Shown: positions 36,641 to 48,814 of the stretch, piece by piece
Layout: each line of letters begins with the position of its first letter
Position numbering within the stretch: position 1 is the first letter of the stretch
The notes under the pieces: model-generated
What the model saw: only the letters and a program-made list of their open reading frames with translations
What the model was told of the DNA's origin: nothing
Databases searched by the model: none
From: Paragordius varius
Lineage: Eukaryota > Animalia > Nematomorpha
Reading direction: 5' to 3'
Length of the DNA stretch: 64,000 bases
Assembly (NCBI GenBank): GCA_964247055.1
Contig: OZ176053.1
Location: 310,001-374,000, forward strand
Made by a program: the position numbers and the translations under genes

Positions 36641-38977
36641 TTTTAAAGTAAATATTTATACAAACTACTTGATTTGAATACAAAAAAATTGTTAAATTAT
36701 GAGGTGATAAAAATATTCAGCATCATTGAGTTATATAGAAATAAGTGTAATTTTATATCCCAAAGATCAATCTCGTAAATATATTACTGTTCTGAATATT
36801 TTAGTAAATATAAAACATTGTGCTACTGGATAAGATAATTTTTTTAGTTTGCTAACTTCTAGAGTTTATAAATGACAGGGCTCCAAAACTCGATTGATCT
36901 TAACAGTTTATTTCAAAATCAATAAATATCAAGTTTTTTGCTGGGAAAAAGCAACCTTAAATTTAAGTTAATTATTTAGTTTCTAATTTACCGCCATTTT
37001 TTTAAATCGCGAATGCATTAGGCAGATAAATGTATATTATGGTTAGAAAATGTAATTAATTAAATTTAAAAAGCTTTTATGCTATATTTTACCAGCAACT
37101 TGATATATTTTGATTATATCAGCTGTTCATTTCGATTGTGTTTTGGAGTTGTCCAAATTTTAGAAGAGGTCACAAAACTGTTAAAAATATAGGCTTTTTT
37201 TTATCTAATACATGGGAACATGTTTGATAATTAAGTTTCAACTAAAATAACTTTCAAAACTGTAGTTTTTTTACAAAACTGAGGACTCTTATATGAAACT
37301 ACCCCAAAGTGTAAACTAGGATAAAAGCTAAATAAAGCATATTTTTAAATTCTGCCTATTACCTAATTACTTTTTAAGATATTTATAATTTAATATCGCT
37401 CTGAGATATAAAACTACCTACCCTAAAAGTCATGAAGTCGTAGGATAAAAAGACCATTTTACAGGGGTCCAATTTGAGAACGACCATAACTAAAAAACAA
37501 TCTATTTAGTTTTTGACTCTTCAATTTATATTGGGTTATCTAAATATCCCAGACAATATCTAAGTTGAAATTTTTATAAAACTACTATAGAAACGAGCTC
37601 AATTTAAATTTCTGCTTCTATCCTAAAAAAATTATATAGAGAAACCGAAATATCTAAATAAAATTTTATTTAAAGTTTCATATCCAACTGCTTCAACTCC
37701 ATTTTTTTACAATTTTTTGCGAATATCAGGTTGTTTTAAAGCCAAAATTAAAGTTAATTTTTTGTTTTCACATTTAACATTGTTTGAAACAGAAAGAGTG
37801 GCCTATCATATAATATCAAATATTTTTGAATGAATTTTATTTCATATTTCTGTCATTTATGTTATATAGGTGCAAACTTTAGCTGTGATTGGCCTGTGGT
37901 ATCAAACTATTCCAATTCAAATCGAAGGTAAAATAAATGTGCATTATCCAAGTGTTAATAGTATTGATATATTTGGTTATTTTTGGAAATGAAGCTTTTA
38001 GCTTTCATCAAAAAGTATATTAGCATAATGTGCCCAAATTTTTGAATTTCGATATAAAACAATGTAGACAAAAGTAAAAATATTTTATATGTTAAGGCCT
38101 AAACCAGAAGCACTCAAAAATTATCATGCTTCTTCGATCAAATTATATATATTTTCTCATGATATTTTGTCATATTGTGTTAGAGTAAGCTAAATAGTAT
38201 TAGATTTATATTAATTAAATTTTTTTAAGAAGGCCCTCAGTTATTGTGAATTTTTAGATACAGAAATGTCCTCCATAAAAACTGATATAGCCAACAACTT
38301 TATTTATCCGAATCAGCCGTTTTATGTATTCATGAAAAACTCATCAACCATGCTAGGTTTTCGGTCCATGTCCACCTTTTTCAAAACATCAAATATTAAA
38401 GAATTTAAATTGTAATGATATATTGATTTATAATTATAGTAACAATAAATCTGTTGAAATCGACTCAGCCATATTAAATAAAGGACCTGATTGGACATTT
38501 TTAGGTTTTTTAATTTTTTAAAACGCTAATAGATGGTAGACCTACCCCTTTAACAACCGCAAAATATAATAAAAAGCTACGGGATTATGAATTTACGGTA
38601 AAAAACATTTTTTTAACTTGCAATAGAAAAGTATCATAAAAGCCAATGAAGAAATGGAAAGCGCCATACAACTCTATGCTACTTTAGAAACGAAAAAATC
38701 TCAAATCCAAGAAATTATTGACAAAAATAAATTCAAGGCCAAATCTTAATACCTTTTTTTTATAATTTTTTTAGCAAAATTAGTGAATGATTTATTTAAA
38801 ATGAAAAAATTAAATTAATTTTTACAGAGATATACCGTAAATTTTTTTTGATGTTCTTTTAGGCAAAACCCATTATGTTTCAATAATGGTAAAGGGTTGT
38901 TTATCGTTATAATAAGCATAATTTGACTTTTCATTTATATATTTTAACAAATATTTATTAAAACAAACAATATAAAT

Positions 38978-41900
38978 TTATTTTTTCTGTTTTTGGATTT
39001 GTTGTGCCGCATCTACAAAATCCAAAGATGGTTTACTAAAATCAAACAGGTCTGGATGTAAAATATCTTCGGGCAAAGATTCACCCACGTGATCATCCGC
39101 GTAATAGGTTGGGAATGGAGGGGCATTCTTTCATTATAATAAAAAAATTTAAAATGAGAATTTTGAAATAGAAATTTGCAAAAATATAAAGACAAATATT
39201 TCTTTTCAAAAGACAACCATATTTTCAGAAATCTTATATAAATGATGGTGTTATCAATTGCAATTATATTTCAAAAAAATTTGATAGATAAAACAATGAG
39301 TTATATGTTAAAAATCATCTTTATAAAAGTACAGCAGTTTTTTAAATAGGAAAAATTATAAAAGTATGGTTGTGTTTAAAAAATATTTTTCTTTATGTTT
39401 TTACGTTTTGACCTGTATAATATCGATATTTACATACTGTATTATCACAATCTTTTACTTTCAAAAAAAACATAATTTAATTTTCAAATTAATAACCCTT
39501 TCTCAATTTAAACTTAATTTAAAATCAAAAAAAAATCCGACCTCTTTTTCCTTTATTCTCCGGTGAGTGGCTCTACTATCAAAAACTTTAACGAAAGAAT
39601 TGATAGGTCCTGGGACGGCATAACCATGAACATACATTACATTATGTTTCGTATTTATGCGCCAAATCTATAAAACAATAACAAAAAAAGTTTTTTAAAA
39701 AAATCCCTAAAAAATTATAAAGACTAAAACAATTCTTTAAAAAATAAAATTAAAACTGTAAAAAATATATTATAGAAATGATATAATAAAGGTTTACTAT
39801 TTACAGTAAAATTAACCCTCAAACAATTCAAATTAACCCACAAACAAATCAAAGAATTCACCCTAAAATAAATAACGTGTATTTTAAAGTTAAAAATTAC
39901 CTATTCCTTATATTCTTAAAAAAATTAATTTTTATTTAAAATTATTATTATAATACCCAAAAAATGATAAACTATGCCATATGAATATATTTTATTATAT
40001 TAATGATGATGAGTTATATTAGCCGCCCGAAAACACATATAATTTATTTTTAGGGGGTGAAGAATTTGAATTGTTCAAGAGTGAATTTGAATTGTAAATG
40101 GTATATCTTGCAAATTTTATGGAAATTTAATCAAAAAAACTAATATTTTTACGTATAATTCAATTTTTTAGCTTGTATTAGCTATGGCCCCTTAAGTGTG
40201 GAAAATTCCGGTGGGTGGGAATTATTAAATATTTCATTTATATTTTAAGTGTACAAGATTGGAAAAACTACTACTAATTATTTTAACATTTTTTTTAATT
40301 CATTGGCCTCTTTAAAATATTCGGAAAGATATTTATTTAAAAATTTGTTTTAAGAAATAAATTTTACTTTGATTTCTTAAAATTTTTCGATTAAAATTTT
40401 TCCCTACAGATAAATTTTAGAGGGCGGCCTTGGACCCACCCTTACCTGAAACATTTTAAGGTTATAGCTAAATTAAATATAATTAATTTATTTATTATTA
40501 ATGCTGATAAAAGTAAATAAGTGTACTTCTCATAAATAATGTCAATATAATAAAAAGTCTACACCACTAAAATTAAATATTTATAAAATATCACTTTTTT
40601 TATCCAAAAAAACTAAAAATTTGTAATTTTTTTTTTGAAAACTTTTTAGAGCTCAAAAGGACATTTTGAATATGTCAAAAACCATAAAATTTTACCCTAA
40701 GACATCGGGCACATCGCGTTTTTCCACCCATCAAACCAGCCATACGAGTTCCTTTCATAACGGTTCCAGGACTCTAAATAATTAAAAGTTTAGTATTTTT
40801 GAAAAAAAAAACAGTTAAAAAAGAATTATTTTTTCAAAAAAAATGCATAATTTTATAATAAGGAAACACACATATCATAAATAAAATTGTTAAAGAATAT
40901 ATCAATGAGTCAAACAGGTGTGTGTCCATGTATTGATTTTATACTACTAATTAATTTCATTTTAAAATTTGATTAAGGCATGAAAAACTAAAATTTCTAA
41001 GTATACAGCATTTATTTATTAGAAAGACAGAGAACAACTTATAAATTATACCAAAATACTTATTGTAATAATATCTTACATATCGGATATTGTTTACGCT
41101 GAAGTGTGATTGTATTATTATATATGGAATAATTCAGCAAAAATATATATATTTATTATAATATTTCGATTACTACAAGTAATCTTTGTCAAACGTAAAA
41201 ATAAAATAAAAATATAAACTAAAATTTAAATTATAAAGTAAAAATATTAAATGAGATATGAAACTAAAAAAACATGTGTGTATTGTTAATAAGAAAAAAA
41301 TTTGTAATGTTATTAATATTGTTAAGGTCTTTCTTTCTATTCATTATATTCCCTTCTTTGTTAATATAAAAACTTTCTTTCAATATTCTTTTTGTTCTGT
41401 TTTCCTCTGTATCGACAACTTCGGCATCCCAGTTTATTTTATGTTTACATTTAAAGGCATGATATGCCAAAGCCGAATCATTGGTTTTATTCTTGCTAAC
41501 TGCCGTTTTATGTTCTTTATTAACAATACACACATGTTTTTTTAGTTTCATATCTCATTAAATATTTTTACTTTATAATTTAAATTTTAGTTTATATTTT
41601 TATTTTATTTTTACGTTTGACAAAGATTACTTGTAGTAATCGAAATATTATAATAAATTCATATTATTTTTGCTGAATTATTCCATATCTTACATATCAT
41701 TGAGAGAAAATAATTAAATTTATAAAATTTTCACCACAAATTAGTAAGTTTGTGGCAAGATGTGCCCAACTTTAAACGATATATTAGGAATTAAATTAGG
41801 GCCTTATTTAAATATAAAAAAATGCATCATAATTTTATTAAAAAAGTTAATTATGAGGAAATCAGGGCACAAAATAAAAAAAGTTCTAATGAAACCCCAG

Positions 41901-42950
41901 TTATAAATATAAGTATAACTTTCATAAAAGCAAAGGAAAAATCCAAATTTTTTTTCAAAAAAAATCTCTAAAATAGACTTTAGGAGGTAATACAATATGA
42001 GACGGTCTTCTGCTCTAAAAACCCCAATTATAAATAAGTATAACTTTATAAGCAAAGGAAAAATCCAAATTTTATAAAAAAACTCTAAAACAGACTTTAG
42101 GAGGTAATACAATATATGAAGTTTTCCTGAAACCCCAATTATTAATATAAGTATAAATAACTTTCATAAAAGCAAAAAAAATCCATTTTTTTAAAAAAAT
42201 CTTTAAAATAGACTTTAGCAGTTCCACGTTTCCCGCCCCCAAAGGATCCTGGTCTCCGATGGTTTTTTGTGTTTCCTCGACCCTCGCCTGGGCCCCCGGC
42301 GAAACCCCAACGTGTCATAACACCTTGAAATCCATGGAATATTCTAGATTATGTTTGAAAAAGCAACAGAAGAAAGATAAAATTTAGCATTTCTCACTTA
42401 AACCCACCAAAAAAAGATTATTATAAAACACTTTATTTCAAATTAAATAATATACCTCGTACATCAAGGTAGGGGGGGGGGAAATTTCAACATAATTGCT
42501 AATTTAAAATAAGGGTGTGTCAAGCACAAATGGTGACTTAAACTGTGATTGCCGAAAAATATACTATTAACAGTTCAAATTCACCCTTGAATAATTCAAA
42601 ATCACCCTTGAATAATTTAAAATCACCCTTGAACAATTCGAATTTACCCTTGAACAATTCAAATTCACCCTTGATCCATTCAAATTCACCACGATTCAAA
42701 ATCACCCTTGATCACTTCTAATTAACCCTTGAACAATTCAAAATCACCCTGTGCTTTTTAGGGTTAAAATTTACCTATATTTTTTGCATATTTTAAAAAA
42801 ATAAAATTTTGCTTATAATTAAAATAATACAAGAATAATAAATTACCATAAAGTTATATTAGCCCGAAAACACATAATTTATTTTTAGGGTGAATTTGAA
42901 TTGTTCGAGGGTGAATTTGAATTGTTTAAGAATGAATTTGAATTGCAAAT

Positions 42951-42997
<47 letters not shown>

Positions 42998-45900
42998 GGT
43001 AACTAGTGTATGGGAAAAAAGAAACGAAAAAAATGTTTATTTAACATTTTGTTGTTTTTTCCATACACTACTGTATAAGGCAAATTGCCCAACTATAGCG
43101 TGAAATAAGTAACCATTAAAATGCATACTGTAAATATATTCGAAAAAAAAACAAATAAAGTAAAATTTAAACTTCGAATCCATGTTTTAAAAAGTTATCA
43201 AACTATTCTGTAATTTATATCATACTGTATATTCAATCAATATCCAAGGGTTTGATATAACCCACATTTTTTCAAAGTGTATTAAAAATTTTATTTTACA
43301 GCAAATAAAATTACAGTACAAATTGAAATTATAGGGGCAAAACGTAAAAATATAAAGACAATTATCTTTTTCTAAAAGATAACCATACTTTTCTTGATTT
43401 TTTATAGATATAACTCATTGTTTAAAATGGCAATATATACCATTTACAATTCAATTTCACCCTTAAACAATTTAAGTTCACCCTCGAACAATTCAAATTA
43501 AAACTTAGATAAAATATATGTTTTTTAAAATTAAAAATTACCTATATTATATATATTCTTTAAAAATAAAAATTTTAAATTAAAATAATACTGAAAAAAT
43601 AATAAACTATACCATAAACATATATTTCATATAAATAATGAGTTATATTAGTTCGAAAACACAATTTTTTAGGGTGAATTCATATTGTTCAAAGGTGAAT
43701 TTCAATTGTTCAAGGACCAACTTAAATTGTTCAAGGGTGAATTTAAATTGTAAATAGTAATATTACTAAGACAATCAATTCTACATTTTACAATTGAAAC
43801 TTGTAACAAAATAGCACATATATGAAAAAATTTAAGGTTTTAAAAAGTAGTATGGGGTTGTCTTTTAGATAAAAATATTTGTCTTTATATTTTTACGTTC
43901 AGTTTTTACTATGTACTTACGTTTTGCCTTCCACATCAACGAAATGTCCAACCTTAAAGTGATTAACGCTAAGAGGTGTCCCCGGTTGAATAGCGGCTGA
44001 GGGGGAAATTACAAAACGCGCCAATTTCATTTTGGGTCGGGCAAGACCGGATTCACAAAATAGGGCATTGTAAGCCGGATTAAACTGTATCGTAGTAGTA
44101 AAGTATAAAGTTTAGTTACGAAAAAATAAAAAAAACTTTTTAAAAGAAAAAATATTAAAAATTGGAAAAGATTGTTTTAGATTACTTGTTGGAATTAATA
44201 GTAAAAATTGAAATTATACGGACAAAACGTAAAAATATAAAGATAAATGTTTTTTACTAAAAGACAGCCCCATACTTTTTTAAACTTAATTTTTTAAAAT
44301 GTAACTCATTGTTTTGAAGTGTAGTGTATGAAATAGAAATGTAATAGTGTAAAATAATCAATTATATATTTTATATTTAAATTAAATAATTTTTATAGGA
44401 TAAATCAGGGTTTTAAAAAGTATGGTTATCTTTTGAAAAAATATTTGTCTTTATATTTTTGCGTTTTATCCGTATAATTTCAGTTTTTCCTGTAAAGTAT
44501 ACTAGTCATAAAATTATAGATTGGGCCTAAAAAATCAAACATATTAAGCCACCAATTTACGAAAATTCACCCTCGAACAATTTACGAACAATATTCACAC
44601 TTGAACAATTCAAATTTACCCTAAAAAAATAAATTATGTGTTTTCGAACCAATATAACTCATCATTAATAATAATATGAAATAAATCTTTATGGCGGATA
44701 GTTTATTATTTTTCAGTATTATGTTGATTGTAAACAAAATTTCATTTTTAAAGAATACAATGAGTTTATATCTTTAAATACATATGTTATTATAAGGTCA
44801 ATTTGAAGTGCAAATGGTATATCTTATAGACTGTAAAAAAAACTGAGCCTACAAAAAAGTAAAAATCATGATTAATATACATTTTTTTATCAACAAAAAC
44901 CAAATTTGTTTCACAAACCTAGATATATATTTTACGATTGTCTTAAATTATATCACTACCATTTACAGTTCAAATTCACCCTTGAACAATTTAAATTCAC
45001 CCTTGAGCAATTCAAATTCACCCTTGAAGTATTTAAAATCATCCTCGAACAATTCAAATACACCTTCAAATTCGAATTCACCCTATAACAAATTATGTCT
45101 TTTCATAAAAAAAAATGTATATTTTTATCTATGTATTTATAAAAAATGAAATTTTTTGTAAAATTCATATATATATATTTATATATTGAAAAGATAATAA
45201 ACCATGCATGCCATAAAAATTTATTTCATATCAAAGTTGTGTTACATTAACCTGAAAAACATGTAATTTATTTTAGGGTGAAATCGAATTGTAAATGGTA
45301 CATAATAATATAGAATTATATCTAAGATTTGATTAATCCTTTTTATGTAATTTCAGTAATTTTTCGTAGTTAACACTTTATAACCTTTGATTTTTTTGTC
45401 CTAGTTGACATATTGGGGTATTTTTATATCCCCGAGCTCAGTTTTGTTAAAAAAACTATTAGTAAAATGTAATTATCAAACATTGTTCCCATGTATTGGC
45501 ACTTCGATTCAAAGTGGGGTATTGAAATACCCCAGACTAAATTTAAATTAATTTTTTTAAAAACCACAACTGAAGGAAACGGTCCCAATTAAATTTATGC
45601 TTCTATCCTAATAAAAATTAAATAAACAGCCTAAATATCTAAATAATTTTGTTTTGAAAAAAAAGTTCCATCTCAAACTACTTCGACGCCATTTTTATTT
45701 CATAAAATCTTTGGAAAATATCGTCTTCATTTAGTTTTAAAGGTAAAATTAAAGCTTATTTAAATTATATCTAACATTGATAGAAATAAAAAAAGTGGTT
45801 TATTTTGTGTTAGTTTTCAATTTTGCCAATGCACATATGTTAGGAGGTTGACTTAATTTTTACTACCTTTGAGATTTATACATTAATATAAATAATATAT

Positions 45901-48710
45901 ATATCAAGTATTTTTGAATAAAATTTTTAATATATTTCGGTTTATTAATGTTATACAAGTGCAAAATTTTGCCATGGTTTCGATTCCTTCAATATTTTTA
46001 AAAGAATTTAATTTTGAATCGAAAGAATGAAAAGAATATCTTGTATCCAAGTGTTTGATAAAAATATATTTTTACAGTTCAAATTCACCCTCGAACAATT
46101 CAAATTCACCCTTGAACAATTTAAATTCACCCTCGAACAATATAAATTCACCCTCAAATAAAAAACATGTTTATTAAGATTAAAAATTACCCACATTTTA
46201 ATACATTTTTAAAAAATAAAATTTTGTTTTAAATTAAAATAATACTAAAAAAATAATAAATTTTTATCTAAAAAATGAGTTATATTAGTTCGAAAACACA
46301 TAATTTATTTTTAGGGTGAATTTGAATTGTTCAAGGGTGAATTTGAACTGTAAATGGTATATTTTTTACAGTTTTGTGACTTCTAGAATTTAAAGCTCCG
46401 AAACAACGAAACAAAGAGCTGATATTAAAATCAAAAGATTCGAGTTTTTTACAATTTTACATCACATTTTTTTAAAAAAAAATCTTTTTTTTTGTTTAAT
46501 GAAAACTAAATAAAACATATTTTTAGATTGAGCTTAAAATACCTTAGATACTTTTAAAGCGATATTCAAATTTCAAATCGCTCAGGGATATAAAAATACC
46601 CCAAAAGGCTATGAAGTGTTAATAAGTCACACAATTTTTTCCCATTAAATTTAAACGTAAGGAAAAAATTAACTTTTTTGAGATTCTAATTGTATTAAAA
46701 AAAAAGTATTCTTATTTAATGAAAGATTGTCAGCACAGTAAAAAAATTAAAATTATAGGGACAAAACGTAAAAATATAAGGACAAATATTTTTATTCAAA
46801 AGACAACCAACCATACTTTTTAAAGCTTAATTTATCCTACAAAAATCAATCATTTAATAATTACAATCGTATAATACATAATTAATTGTGTTACCAATAT
46901 ACATCCCCCTTATTATATACTCTTTGCATTTTAAAACAATCATTCATATTTAAAAAGTATGGTTGTCTTTTAGAAAAGAATATTTGTATTTATATTTTAA
47001 CATTTTTGTCCGTATAATTCCAATTTTTACTGTATATTTATCAAAGCATGTTGTTTGCACAATAAAATTCCTGTTAAAATTCCTGAGAATGAAAATGCAA
47101 CAATGTTGATAAAAAAAGTTATTTATATCATCATTATACGAAACTTAAGTAAAAACTAAAATTTATACATATAGACTGGTTAAGATCCAATTTTTATCTT
47201 GTATTTTTAATTTTTTCATTATATGCATATAATCGAAAAGTCCTAATTTTACATTTCATTTATAAATCTAAATTTGAGTTATATACAGTAAAAATTGAAA
47301 TTATACAGGGGACAAAACGTAAAAATATAAAGATAAATATTTTTTTTAAAAGACCACAACCATACTTTTTAAATCTTGTTTTTTCTTTTAATAAAACTCA
47401 CAATAATGCATAAACTATATATTACTAATCAATTCTATATTTTACAATCGTAATTACATAGTATTTATAAGAAAAATCAAGGTTCTAAAAAGCATGTTTG
47501 TTGTAAAAAAAATATTTGTCTTTATATTTTTACGTCTTGTCCGTACAATTTCAATTTTTACTGTCATGCCAAATTTTATATTTCACTCCATATTTTAATA
47601 AAATCAAAATTAATTATATTGTAAATACCCACAAAATTTTTTAATTAATTTAAACAAATTTTTAAATCCAAAAATATTTAAATATTTTTAGGGAAAAAAT
47701 AAAAATTAGTTTACCATTCTAGGATCTTGAGAACCGGCTCCCACAACTAAACAACCATATCGACCCTTCCAATACGATTTACAATGCAGAGTTTGAGCAA
47801 ATTCCTCGGGACTTTTGTAACTTATAACGTGATTGTCATAAATCTAAATTATAAATGACAAAAAAATAAGTATAAATTATAAAATTTTTATAAAAACGAT
47901 AAATATATTATATATTGAAATTTTAATTTTTCGCTGATATAATCAACTTGTAGATTTGGGTAGTGGTGAAATAATTAATAGAGAAGTAAAATGGTAAATA
48001 TATTTTTTACATTGTAATCATATAGAAAATATGATTTTATTTATAAAAAATTATGATATAAATAGGATTTTATTAAGAAAATCCATATTTTTCCTTTATT
48101 TTTTAAATAACAAACTAATCTATGGTTTAGAGTATTTATGAAAAATATATAGACGTAAATGGAAAATACTTAATTTTATATTTATGTAGTGTACAAAGAA
48201 AAAAAATCAATCATCAAATGTTTAATCTAAAATTTAAATTTTGAACTGTATTTCTTGTGGTTTTAATAAATAATACTATTTAAAAAGCTGAGGTTCTGTT
48301 ATTAATTAATTTTTTAAGTTGGAATTTGATTTTAAACCATACTTGTAATAGCGTTGTCATAATACGTCTCCCATTATTTAACCATTGAGGAAATTGCCCA
48401 ATCTTTTTTGCAATCAGACCTGTTCGTTTTGAATCATAAGTCCATTCGGCTCTTGGCCAAGGTGGATTTTTCAAAGGAGATTTACTTTCTAAATTTTGAA
48501 CAACTTTCTATATAAATTTTAAATGTCAAAAGAGGGCATACTTACATCTAAAAAAGTTTTGTTTTCAGGCGTTAAATCACGATCAACAACTTTAGTAATT
48601 GGATTTAAATATAAATCTTTAATTTTTGGACGATATGGAAATGTAACCTTCCTTAAACCTCTGACAAGGTTTAAATTTATGTTTTGTAAAATAAACTGGG
48701 TGGTAAACAT
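38978..48710 (-). CDS. MRPL3: Mitochondrial ribosomal protein uL3m, 368 aa; exons 48710-48546, 48507-48343, 47843-47715, 44084-43921, 42343-42214, 40773-40696, 39667-39542, 39127-38978
   Basis: SKRTGLIAKKIG, TTLLQ, AAIQPGTPL..HFKVG, GFQGVMTRWGF, HRRPGS, IWRINTKHNVMYV, PPFPTY. Phases are consistent (1107 nt); the donor at 42214 (AAA|gtctat) is weak. Confidence 0.93.
41160..41192 (-). ncRNA. Minimal type-I hammerhead-like motif (left arm, sense to GIY-YIG)
   Basis: UUGACAA-A-GAUUACU-UGU-AGUAAUC-GAAA-UA-UU: 7-bp stem II and palindromic AUAU stem III. Confidence 0.6.
41617..41649 (+). ncRNA. Minimal type-I hammerhead-like motif (right arm)
   Basis: TTGACAAAGATTACTTGTAGTAATCGAAATATT read directly on the + strand. 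Confidence 0.6.
42955..42993. repeat. (TA)n microsatellite; others at about 16987-17005, 34608-34626, 59305-59333
   Basis: Pure TA run abutting a family-A MITE end. Confidence 0.95.
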
Positions 48711-48814
48711 CGTGAATCAAATTTATTTTGAAAAGCACATGGCTTGGATTTTAAAATTTAAAAGAAACAACGTTTTTTTATTTCATTCATTTATTTTACA
48801 TATTGAAAATTCGC
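48711..48814. promoter_or_regulatory. Putative bidirectional promoter between MRPL3 and ZC3HC1 (104 bp between ATGs)
   Basis: Divergent ATGs at 48710 (-) and 48815 (+). Confidence 0.7.

Larger units (their letters stand above)
41085..41684 (-). mobile_element. 5'-truncated Penelope-like retroelement with inverted tail (GIY-YIG C-terminus) and 14-bp TSD
   Basis: Minus ORF SALAYHAFKCKHKINWDAEVVDTEENRTKRILKESFYINK..MNRKKDL matches the PLE GIY-YIG C-terminal pattern. Inverted arms 41122-41292 and 41517-41688. ATATCTTACATATC repeated at 41071-41084 and 41685-41698. Confidence 0.85.
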
